A model generated the notes under the pieces. The model had not been told where the DNA came from. It was given only the letters and a program-made list of their open reading frames with translations, and ran no database searches. The position numbers and the translations under genes are program-made. 64,000 nt of DNA from Ruditapes philippinarum (Eukaryota): assembly GCF_026571515.1 (NCBI RefSeq), contig NW_026859492.1, positions 1 through 64,000 on the forward strand. The letters run 5' to 3'. This document shows, in pieces, positions 52,772 through 64,000 of the stretch (its first letter is position 1; each line of letters begins with the position of its first letter).

Positions 52772-55700
52772 GAAATAAGGCAAAGCCTATGAACGGGGAA
52801 GTCGTTAAAAAATTCCTTCCATTCTTTCCGTTTTAAAGGTGTCATTTGGTATTACACTCTGTATATATACATTCGGTATTCCGTTTTCACTCGGAACCCT
52901 CGACAATAATTACTAATCCAAAAAGTTGAGATTTGTGCCGTTATCGGAATACCCCGCCTATTATCATTGAGTTATATTGTAAATGGCGGCGCACGACTAG
53001 AACTGACACTGAAAATTTCATTGATAGGTATAGAATTCTATGTATTCTTTAATTGATTTTGTTATTTGATTTTCTTTTAAATATACACGTGAAGTCTATA
53101 GCCGGGCAAGCCAAAGTTGTCTGGTATATAACCATTGCCTAACGGCACACTCTCGAATCCGTTCCTGGAACCAACCAATTTTCAGCAATGCGTTTTAAGT
53201 TTAATGTCGAAGAAATCAACGACGTGTCCTGGACACACGCATCTAGATCTTTAGGTTACTTGTCCGACGCATTACCTGTAACTAGATGGTCTTATTGGAT
53301 AGGTTTCCGGGAATATATGCCTTAAAGTGACATAATATAATTTCTATTCAAAGGAATGTTAGCTTATTTTGTCAATCTATGTAACATTGATGCATGCTAT
53401 ATTTGAGTTAACGTGACGTCATATAACGCACAAACTTACCCGCGTAAGTTAAAACGGTCGCTTTATTGATTTTGAAATACAAATCATGACTCAGATTAAA
53501 ATAGCGGAGACATTTTACATTTTAATGTGAGATAATATGAATTCTGTTATTTAAGTATCATTTCATTTGCAATTTTAATGCACTTACATCGATTTTGTAA
53601 TATTTCTGACAGATCTAATAATGAATAAACACGGAGTATTCCCTCGAGATTCTGTAGATTTTTTAAACTTGGAAATTGGTTAGTCGAAGGATACAAAGAA
53701 TTGAATTCTACGAAAGCACATTGAGGTAGTTTTGAGTTACAAGTTAAAAAGCATCAATTCGAACTTAGATGTTAAATGTTAGATTTGGGCGTCCATAGAA
53801 ATTAGCGGATTTTCGCATTTCTTCAAACAAAATGACTTCTTTTTTTCAAAATTAGATATAGGCATAAAGCATTATTATTTTGATGTAACGTTATATGCGT
53901 TGTTCAAATGCATTGTAATTTAATGTGCTACAAAATGAGTACAATAATGAAAAAGTGTTATTTTTACTGTCACTGTTCATATATATTTGATATATCGCGT
54001 TTGTATGCTATTAGATTGATAATTAGTAAATCTATTGATTTCTTTGAATGAAACATTATTATGCCAGCTACTAATGATCACCAAAATTGTTGATCAACTC
54101 GTTAATTAAACTCAGCAGATCTATTCAACCCTCATGTAAACTTGTTTCATTATCCTCTATTTTTCAACAATGTTTTTCATTCGTTAGCTCTTGAAAAACA
54201 GAAGTGAGATAAATGTCATATCCTATTCATTTTTAACTGAGTGCGATGTAGAATTTTTTGTTTTCGTTCAGAACATTCTCAAATATAGCAAACAAAACCC
54301 CTCTCATAGATTAAATTTGCAGACTTCCATTTTCAAATCACTGCTCTCAAATTATATATGGCACATACCTCACTAAGTGTGAGTGTTTTGGTTTTGTTGT
54401 GTTTTTTTTACCGTAGGCTTTAGAATATAGCAAAATAAAGTTGAGGGTAAATGCATTATAAATAAATGATTGCAATCGCTTACATTAATGCTGTATTTCC
54501 CGAAGGGACTATTGAATCGATCAACAAAATTAGCATAAATTGCAAATTACTCTCAGTATCTGTCTAACAGACCTGATATATTCAAATTACCGCCAACTCC
54601 ATATCAGTAATACAAACTGATCATATTCATATGACGCACTTATTTATTCATCTAATAGCCAATGTCGACACCAATCCATACATAATGAAGTGCGCATTTT
54701 TCAGAACAGAAAACTCAATAACTCATCATCATTTTGCATTCGTCAATATTCGTTTATACGCATGGAGGCGCTATTCAGAATACGGTAGACATTACTAAAT
54801 GCATGAGTGATATTGACTAATTATTCCGTACAAATTTATCAAAACGATAATATTTGCAACTATTAAGCATCAAATCAACTGGCTTTTACTTCTTGTACGC
54901 GAAATCTTGTATCAAATCAAACGCACATCAATTTTCGTTATATGAAAACAAACTCAAAAACGACTAACGACACATATTGATACGAAATATAATAAACACA
55001 CTGATAAACATCATTTTGTGATAAAAGAGCAAGGTTCACTAAGCACCAAAAATGGCCCCATCTTAGATATTGATAAAAACCTAAAGGTGTGTAGTACAAT
55101 GTGTTACATTTTCAAAATAGACATTCATTAGGCATTTCTGGTTACTATGACGACATAATGACGTCATAATTAGAGCACCTGCTTAATTCAATTAAATCAC
55201 AAATTTGACGACAATTTTCATACAAGACTAGTAAATTTGTGTGTTTGACTGAATTAAACTCATAAAGATAGCAATATATTTCTTATATATTGTAAACAAA
55301 ATTATAGTTTAGTTAAAATTAGACTATTGTGTCACAAAACTAATATAAAAGATAAATGGGGCACGTTTCGGATATTCCAAATTCGGATATTTAGAAATAA
55401 AAATGTGCATGCATATTATTTTTCGCCTAACTAAATGTATTTATTTTTACTGTAAGTTTGTTCATTTTTTAATAATAAATGTCTAATTTGCTTGTTATAT
55501 TCATCTACTTCTTACATTACGCTTAAAATAAGGGTGTATAGAATCAATCGCAATTTTAACGGCCTTTTTAGTCAGTCTTTAGACAAGGACGTTGAACATA
55601 ATAATATTAATAATAATATTAATAATAATAATTATTATAATTATTATTATTATTATATTATTATAATAACACAAAACAGATAGGTATTTCTTTCTAACCT

Positions 55701-56049
55701 AACTAAACTTACACTGAGTAACTATATACATGTAAGCAAATAGTATGTAAATACTAGGAGTTGTTGACTTATTCCAATGTATAGTGTAAAAGTCCGCCTA
55801 AATTAAGTAAATTTATAGATATAAAAGTACGTTAGAATTTTTTTGTCAAGTAAAAATAATGTTTGACTGTATGCTCTTTCGGAGTATACGTAATATTTGA
55901 TACTGAACTGCAAATTCGATACTATTTTCTTTTATAAATTATGATACAGCCAAATCCAGAAAACGATTTGTGTTATTTATAATTATGGAAATCAGACTTT
56001 TATTACAATTGTAATGTAATGATCCATGACGATATGAGAACTGAGAAAA

Positions 56050-56735
56050 AACAAGAGCTGTCACAGAACGTGACAAATGCCCCCAAAGGATTCTAGTTCT
56101 AAACCAACTATTGCATGTTAAGTGTGGTGGTAAAATTCGACAAAGTTTGAACCCCAGCAGTGAACTACATTGTATAAGTTATACAAAGAAACCTAGGTCT
56201 TGTTCACAACACATTGTCCATCTATGGTGACTTTATATTTTTAAATAAAAAATGAAACTTTCATGTAAATGGAAGTTACAGAGCGGACACAACAACCACC
56301 ATTTAAATATTTAAACATAAATATTGAAAAAGTTTAAACGCCAGCAGTGACCTTAAAACACGGGTCTTTAGGGCAACACACCATATTTATGATGATTTCA
56401 TATGTGAAATAAAAAAATATAATCCTTTCATGCATATTATTTTAAGAGCAGACACGACCATCTCTGCCTATATGTATATTAATATCAAAATTGACAAAGT
56501 TTGAACCCCCGCAATTACCTGGACCTAAGTCATAGAAACCAGTCTTGTTTGCGACACACCATACATCTATGGTTATTTCATATATGAAAGAAAAATTAAA
56601 ATCCTTTCATGCATACTGAATCAGAGCGGACATGACCACCACTGTCTATATGTATAAAGCCTGAATGACTGACGGAATGACAGACTGACAGACGGACGGT
56701 TCGATTTTAATATGCCATCCTTCGAGGGCATAAAA
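56050..56735 (-). mobile_element. Helentron-associated non-autonomous element (HINE/DINE-1-like)
   Basis: AACAAGAGC end, stem TGTCAC-GTGACA, ATGCCCCC subTIR, three ~170-190-bp internal repeats (56132, 56323, 56487), (GACA/GACG)n microsatellite, TATGCC..GGCATAAAA hairpin end, A-rich flanks. Confidence 0.85.
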
Positions 56736-57010
56736 CATTTATTTACATGTATTCATAATTTATGTGACATAAAACAACTCTAAGTAAGATTTGGTTTATA
56801 TCATTCCAATATGCCCTTACATCTACATAATGATTGTAAATTAAACATTTAACATAAGGAAGCCTTCAATCAAAAATTTAATCTAGCATTGTCTCTATTA
56901 CTGTTCCTGTTAACGATTCTCTTTCACACTTTATTGAATGGCTATCAATTTCAAAATACCGCTACATGATCAGCAAAATTAGCAGACCAATTTCACACTC
57001 CTGACTGAGT

Positions 57011-57290
57011 CTCAACACTCCTCATGTTGTCCATATGCGAGATACCATGTTACGGTGGAGACATCAGAACACATTCTAACTACATGTGCACCAGCCATAA
57101 GAAAGGCAGTAATACACATCAATGCTGTCATTCGTGTAGATAATCCAATTCATGTAGTTATGGCTGCTTGCATGTATGCTCTGCAATTTCGTGCACAAAA
57201 TTAAAGGATCCTTTTGAATTGTGAAAAAGGACAAGTCAAGACTTTCTTTGAAACAGCTAGAGCTTAATACCATGCTTTTTTCTCATCCTG
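57011..57290 (-). pseudogene. Frameshifted SWIM-type zinc-finger remnant of a transposon protein
   Basis: KLQSIHASSHNYMNWIIY..SIDVYYCL / frameshift / AGAHVVRMCSDVSTVTWYLAY resembles the YCxCxAGARxVGxCxH..WY motif I recall from animal DNA-transposon proteins. Confidence 0.6.
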
Positions 57291-57595
57291 GGAAAGTGTA
57301 CTGAAGACTTTTCGTCCGTTGACTCCTAACATATTTTCTGCTTTGGCAATTTCTTGTGAATATTTTTTAATGAGAATAATACTTAATTAATAAGATTTAA
57401 AACTTCTTGTTGAACTTTTATTTAAGCAATTAAATGTCTAACAAATCTTTAATACCTTAATAACTATGAAATAGCACTGACTTAAAATGCTAAAAATCTG
57501 AAGGAATAAATACATTAATGAAATAACATATTATTTACTGAAAAAGCACTATCTATTTTATTAATTATTAAAACGAAAAAAAGGAGAAAAAAGAG

Positions 57596-57664
57596 TTCAT
57601 GATCAAGGTTTTGAACTCAATTCTCCTGGGTGAGAGGCTCCCATGCTACCACTGAGCTAATGCC
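57596..57664 (-). other. tRNA-like head (SINE remnant or pseudo-tRNA) inside the DNA transposon
   Basis: Minus strand TAGCTCAGTGG (A box) and GAGTTCAAAAC (B box); no convincing cloverleaf. Confidence 0.55.
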
Positions 57665-58695
57665 ACATTCCGAGATGTTATGACATCATTTAACAAGTAG
57701 TTTTACATCAATGCAGACGATGTGGAATTATAAAGTTTAAATACTCTACATACAGTATCTTTAAATTGTTTTGAGACTTGCAATAATTTTGTTTTCACAA
57801 AGTAAATTGAATTCTTCTTATCTACCTTTTAAAAAGACATAAAAACCTCTTAATCACTGTGTTTAAACGACCACAGTTGTTTTGTTGTTGTTGTTGTTGT
57901 TTTTTGTGAGGGCGAAAGAACCGGACCCAGATCAAGTATTCAGCAATAAAATAGCTTGAACAGCATAACTTCAATGAATCAATAAAATTACATAACAACA
58001 CCTTGCTGATTCTAAGAATGAAATATTTAAGGCATAAACAGAATTTCAGCATTTATTTATAAGCGTTTACATATAATTCTTTTAACTTGCCATAGTTTTG
58101 TTTACAACCGTTACAGTGGAAACCGTCGAACTCGTACCAAAACATAATCGTACTTATTTTAGTGAAAGTGCCTTTAATTTACTAGAAATGATTTTTCTGC
58201 AAACATTTATTAAAATATATGTTATGAATCATATTTCAACAACTTAGAATACAAAATTAATAATGTTGAGTGCAATATACATGCTCCATGATTTGCATTT
58301 ACTGAAATTAATGCCAGAAAATGACGTTTAGATATTAGATAAAAATCTTATTTTGGAATAGAGCACAGGCAAGCCCCAACTTTATATTGATATAGTTGAA
58401 GCCTTTGAGGCATTACAATACAATGGTGTAATGATTTTGTTGGGGCTGGACTGTGCTGATACTTTAATTTTCGTTTAAAACACCAAAAATACGTGAATGT
58501 TCCTAATTTTGCTGGAAATAGGGGTATTTCCATAGAACATAAATCATAATAAATGTAAACATATGTCTATAAATTCATATTTTTTTAACAGTTTAAGGAT
58601 TGAACTTATAAATAAAACCTAAAAACAAGAACTTTTCATCAAATTATTTTTTGCCAAAATCTTGGGCAAAAATCCATGGTTAGTGAACCTAGCTC

Positions 58696-58869
58696 TTTGT
58701 TTGTTTGTTTCATTTTATGCCTTTTTCCAACAGTATTTCAGTCATATTGACGGGTAGTTTCCTAACCATCGTTCCTGAAGAGTAACACCAGTACTAGACT
58801 ACCTTCCTCCGCGCTAACCTACCAAAGCACCTCCCGGGGATCGAACCCGTGCCAGAGAGGTAACTGGAG
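58696..58869 (-). mobile_element. SINE fragment with (CAAA)n tail
   Basis: (TTTG)n, CAACAGTATTTCAGTCAT, GGGGATCGAACCC (B box on minus strand); absent from unit 1. Confidence 0.7.
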
Positions 58870-61750
58870 TAAAAAGGAAGAAAATCATCCAAACTTTTCA
58901 GGTCCTTAATTTGGTTTAATTTAAGCATATTTATTTTAGCTCGATTGCGAAATAAGATTCTTGCAACTAACATCAAATCAAGTCAGCTTCCTGGACCTAT
59001 CCAGTTCTGGTGTCATATGAAGAAACATGATCGCAACCTATATAGCGCTTGTACCCACGATATCTTGGTTGAGAGGCAGACACCTAAAGCACTAGGCCTA
59101 CGCGCCCCTTATTTAGGTTCTTCGCCAGCACTGGCTCGATTTTCTGAATCAAATGCATCAAACGTTTTGTTTCAATTAATGACACTGTTAATACGATCAA
59201 TATGTATGAAGTAGCTCTGATTCGCAGCATCTATTTTCTAATCTTCATCGCCACTATGGCAGGCATTAATTTTCTTTTGTACGTGACAACAATTAAGGAA
59301 ATGGTAAATGACAATGGAACCTGGAATCCTGATTACGTTGTTTCATTTAAATTGCTGTTTATTGAAAAGACGATAAATAAGAAGACAGAATGCAATATCG
59401 GAAATTATGTTATGCAATATCAGCAGTTTTCTTGAATTGATCGTTAATGTATTGCTAAACAAATGGCGTCCTGGCTTTTAAGTAGCTTTTAGTTGTTTTG
59501 TTTGTATTGTTAATGTGGAGTATTGTATTACATCGCCTGGTTTATGACATTTTATAGCAAATTATTGATTAGTGTATAGAATTGTCAGTCTATATAAGGC
59601 TGCAGTTAAATATCGTGTCCTATAAGAATTCAAGAATCAAGTACCACCATAGTTATTCACATTTGAAAAGTATAGAGCTATATCTAATGCAGAGTATACG
59701 CTATTTATATTTCTTTTAATTCATTAAAAAGTAAAACTATGTTGTATGTTGTTTCATAATCGCATGATTGATTGTCGGAAGAATGGTATTGGTAATATGT
59801 TTCTGTTATATAACACACATAATAATTAATTAGTTAATAAATTTAATTAAATGAGATGTTTTTGAACAACATCTTATTTTCTTTCATTTTAGTAGGGCTT
59901 CTATCGTTTCCCAATGACTTCAAGCATGCGCACGTTATGAAATACATAAAGTCTTTCAAATAGAATATTTTTAGCATTGTCAGGTATTTTGGATTTTTTT
60001 TGTTGGCAAAATTTCAGAACCAAGTTTGTTTACTAAAGAGAGCAGCTATATTACTTGAAACACTGACAATTTTAGCTATTGTCATTACTCCAAATAAAAA
60101 TCAATTAATATAAACACACACACTGGTTGTTCGCTTCACGTGACCGAGTGGATAAAGATGACAACCTTAAATATCCTGCTCCTCACCGCAGTTGGTTCGA
60201 ATTGCGTCAAGGATTTGGGGTTATTTCATGTGGCTTACGGAAAGTCGGTCGATTTACTCAGGTACCCGCTTATACCTGAAATAATGAACAAATGGGTACC
60301 CGAGACCTTTGACTTGTTTATACATCAAGATCAGTAACACCTAACTGACTTCAATTAATGCTAAATGTCACTCTTATAATGTCGTGCACAATGTAAACAC
60401 GTTTCCTCGTCCAAATTCATAGTATCATTTTCCATCCGATTCATCTAAATTGTGCAAATTGGGCAAATTGTGATTATATTGAATGTCTAAACGTGTGATC
60501 AAATATATGTGGACAAAATACTAACAACGTTTGAATCATAATAGAAGGCTGTTCAGAAAATAAGCCTATTTGGCGTACATAATGATAGAGAATATTGTAA
60601 TCCACAATATGTTAATCGTCTATTGCTTGTTAATGTTAGTGACCTTTACAAGAAATTTGCTTAATTTAATTGACGTGATGAGCAGAAATATTGTATATCA
60701 CTTTAGCTCTTAATTAGGTATATGAAATCAATATAATAGCATTTAGCGTGAAAAAGTCGCTGTTATAAAAAGAGAACTCTACAATAACAAATATCTACAA
60801 AAGATCTAGATGAAAGGTGATCATCCGAAAGCATAAATCACAACAAAAATACATGAACTACATTGCAGACTCGGTGTGAATCTGCACTTGAGGAATAATG
60901 AGAAAGTGCAACACACCCCTGTCCCCCTGTAGCACCAGCTTGAGCGGTGGTACAAACCTTTCAACACTACAAAGTGCTAAAATCAATGATCCCGAAGGAC
61001 TAAAAAAAAAATAATAATAATACGACCACGGAACTACAGTGCTTTTATCTTTGTATGATAATAATAAGGGGATAGTTTTACATTCTTGCAAATTATTTTC
61101 CTGTTGTGGGTTGATATCACTCCATACTAGGCACACAAGGGTATCATTGTACTCAATATACCAAACAATTTCATTTATATTTGATGAACTTGCATATCAA
61201 CCACGCATGATCATTGCCAACCGCGCATTTACCCTCATACAATATTAAATTATTGTAGAATGTCCTCACAGCACTGTCAATTGATTTATTCTAATCAATA
61301 TACTAAATATCCACATTGAATCTTTGTATATGTACATTGTACGCTTTATTATATATGAATTAAGAGTGATCATTTAAAAATTAATCAACTCATTAAGCCA
61401 TTATCACTGGCTCCCTTTTGAAGAAGTTAACACACCGAAACAAAATGGAACTTACGAGAGGATTGACTTCTTATGTCAACATTGATTTAGGTTCCAATGG
61501 CATGATTTATTACCATGTCTATGAATACGATTTTCTCAATTGAGTCTGGCACTTTACTTTCTCTGTGTTGACTGCAAATTTTTATAAACGTCTATACTTT
61601 TGTAAGCTTTGTGAATCAGATATCGAAAATTAGAAAATGTATGCCCGATGGTATTGAGTAATAACTACTTAAGTTGAAAGGCAATTTCAATTTATATATT
61701 CATAATTTACAGACACTATTACGTGCTTTTGGAAATGTATACCACACTTC

Positions 61751-64000
61751 ATTTGTAGGATTAAAATATTTATAGAAGTACATATTTGATAAATATTATG
61801 TTATATCTTTGAAAGATATAAAAAATATAACATTGTCACAGTATTGGAACGGAGTCTTATTGTCGTTTGGTATGCTTACCACGTACAATCGAATCCTGGG
61901 TAAAGCATCTGTTCTTTCGGATATTTTGTTGGCTGTAGTTGACTGAATTGTAATATGTCGTGAAATGACAAATATACATTCAGTTATTCTAAATATAGTA
62001 ACACTCATGTCGAAAAAGATTGTAACAAAAATAAAAGAATATATCTTGTTTCAATTATACACCAGAATATCTTTCATTGAAGATCTCCCGAATTGCTGTC
62101 TTAACACTGGGAATCACGTGTAACGAAATCAATCAGACAAAACAAACACGATTGAAAAGGTTTCTTTCTTTAACAACTTTAAATTGATAATTTCTCTGTT
62201 TGGAAAACAGAAAGAGGAATAATTTATTGTTTTCTCGTCCTTAATTAACTAAGTGCTTGTTTAACAGGACAGAGGTCTTTCGACAATCGCTTTAAGCCAT
62301 TAACCTTCCCAAATTTACAATTTCCCTTGATCGGTATGAATTTATTCTGTCTGTAACAGTCGTCGTAACATCAATATTTTGAGCATGATTGAGGTGAAAT
62401 GCGAGATTACCGTGATTTCTTGACAGGGGATTCAATGTCTTGAAGTGTTACCGATACAGTGTGCTTTTCCATGAGAGAACAGAAAAAAATGAGAAGAAAA
62501 AAAAAATAAAACGAACAAAAAGAAAATCTGCATATATAAGTTATTTACAAATAAGACTGATGCAAAAGTTTTAATTAATTTTCATTTACCTAAGTGATGA
62601 AAAGAACTGTACTGATCATAATTTTGTAATATTAATGTAATAATAATAAATAAAAAAATAATAATATTTATTATTATTATTATTATTAATAATATGAAAT
62701 AAGGCAAAGCCTATGAACGGGGAAGTCGTTAAAAATCCTTCCATTCTTTCCGTTTTAAAGGTGTCATTCGGTATTACATGCACGACTTCCGTTTTCACTC
62801 GGAACACTCGACAAAAATTATTAATCCTAAAAGTTGAGATTTGTTCCGTTATTAGAATGCCCCGCCTATTATCATTGAGTTACATTGTAAATGGGGGCGC
62901 ACGACTAGAACTGACACTGAAAATTTCATTGATAGCTATATATCGTTTATATCTTAATGTTAGTCTGGTTAAAATGGATCTTGTATAATAAGCCTAATTG
63001 GCGTAAATGATGATTGAAAATGTGGTAATTCAAATAATGCTGCTTATTGCTTGTTAATGTTGGTGACATTTACAAGAAATTCTCTTAATTGAATTGACGT
63101 GATGAACAGCAATATTTGTATATCACTTTAGCTCTTAATTAGGTATATGAAATCAACATTATAGTGTTTTGCGTGAAAACGTCGCGGTTGAAAAAAGAAC
63201 TGTACAATAACAAATTACTACGAAGATCTGGAAAAGGGGCTATCCCTCGAAAGCATTAATCAAAACAAAATTAAATGAAAATTGCAGACTTGGTGTGATT
63301 GATTCTGTACTTGAGAGATAATGAATAAACGCCCAAAGCACCGAATTGAGTGGTACTCAATTTTCAACACTAAAAAGTGCTGGAATCAATGATATCGAAA
63401 GACCAGAAAAAATGTGTAATAATACGACCACGGAAATACAGTGCTTTATCTTGCTGATAAACATTTCGACAAGCCTGCAACTTATTTTCCTGATGTGGGT
63501 TGAAATCACTCCATACTAGGCACACAAGGGTATCATGGTACTCAATGTACAAACAATTTCATTTATATTTGATGAACTTGCATATCAACCACGCATTTAC
63601 CCTCATACAATATTAAATTATTGTATTATGTCACAGCACTGTAAATTGATTTATTCTAATCAATATACTAAATGTCCACATTGAATCTTTGCATATGTGC
63701 ACTATACGCTTTATCATATTCGAATTAAGAGTGGTAATTTTAAAAATAACCAAATCATTAAGCCATTATCACTGGCTCCCTTTTGAAGAAGTTAACACAC
63801 CGAAGCAAAATGGAACTTACGAGAGGATTGACTTCTTATGTCAACATTGATTTAGGTTCCAAAGGCATGATTTATTACCATGTCTATGAATACGATTTTC
63901 TCAATTGAGTCTGGCACTTTTTTCCTTTTCTCTCTGGTAACTGTGATCTTTGTAAATGTCTATACTTTTGTAAGCTTTGTGAGCAGTATGATATATCAGA
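61751..64000. repeat. Right-arm tandem unit 3 (internally deleted, runs off window)
   Basis: 62696-62935 ~ 52770-53027, then it jumps to 63045-63982 ~ 49245-50215 and 60620-61612. Confidence 0.9.

Larger units (their letters stand above)
55027..58695 (-). mobile_element. Degenerate TIR DNA transposon inserted at AAA|TTT without TSD (Spy/PHIS-like)
   Basis: TIRs GAGCAAGGTTCACTAAGCA / TGGTTAGTGAACCTAGCTC (17 of 19 match); flanks AAA and TTT; absent from unit 1. Confidence 0.8.
51731..61750. repeat. Right-arm tandem unit 2 (contains a 3.85-kb insertion at 55027-58869)
   Basis: Colinear with unit 1; empty site TTTTGTGATAAAAATAAAGGAAAACATCC at 47511. Confidence 0.95.

Noticed and set aside
62713-62988. 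91-aa ORF with a paralogue at 52788-53030
   Set aside because: The paralogue is frameshifted near its start and no domain is recognisable.

Overview
AT-rich eukaryotic (animal) DNA; the repeat types suggest a bivalve mollusc (inference). I find no credible host protein-coding gene; almost all short ORFs in the track are microsatellite, gap or random artefacts. There are three layers. (1) A non-coding multi-kb unit duplicated repeatedly: an ~11-kb tandem duplication (790-11400 vs 11836-22740), a local inverted copy (23210-25290), a TE-expanded copy (33130-39700), and three younger tandem copies at 44446-64000 that are distant homologues of the left-hand unit on the opposite strand. Short modules (called A, B, C here) stay recognisable in 4-11 copies. 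(2) A full-length but mutated non-LTR retrotransposon (27512-32090, minus strand): ORF1, an APE-RT ORF2, a 5-bp TSD and a (TTGTAG)n tail, with ORF2 in frame behind the ORF1 stop and lacking its own AUG. (3) Nested DNA elements: three families of hairpin-headed elements with one shared terminal-core design, a CACTA-ended element, a TSD-less AAA|TTT-inserted transposon with a SWIM-finger remnant, a Helentron-type (HINE) element, MITEs and tRNA-derived SINEs. There are three assembly gaps. All alignments were done by eye, so most boundaries are approximate.
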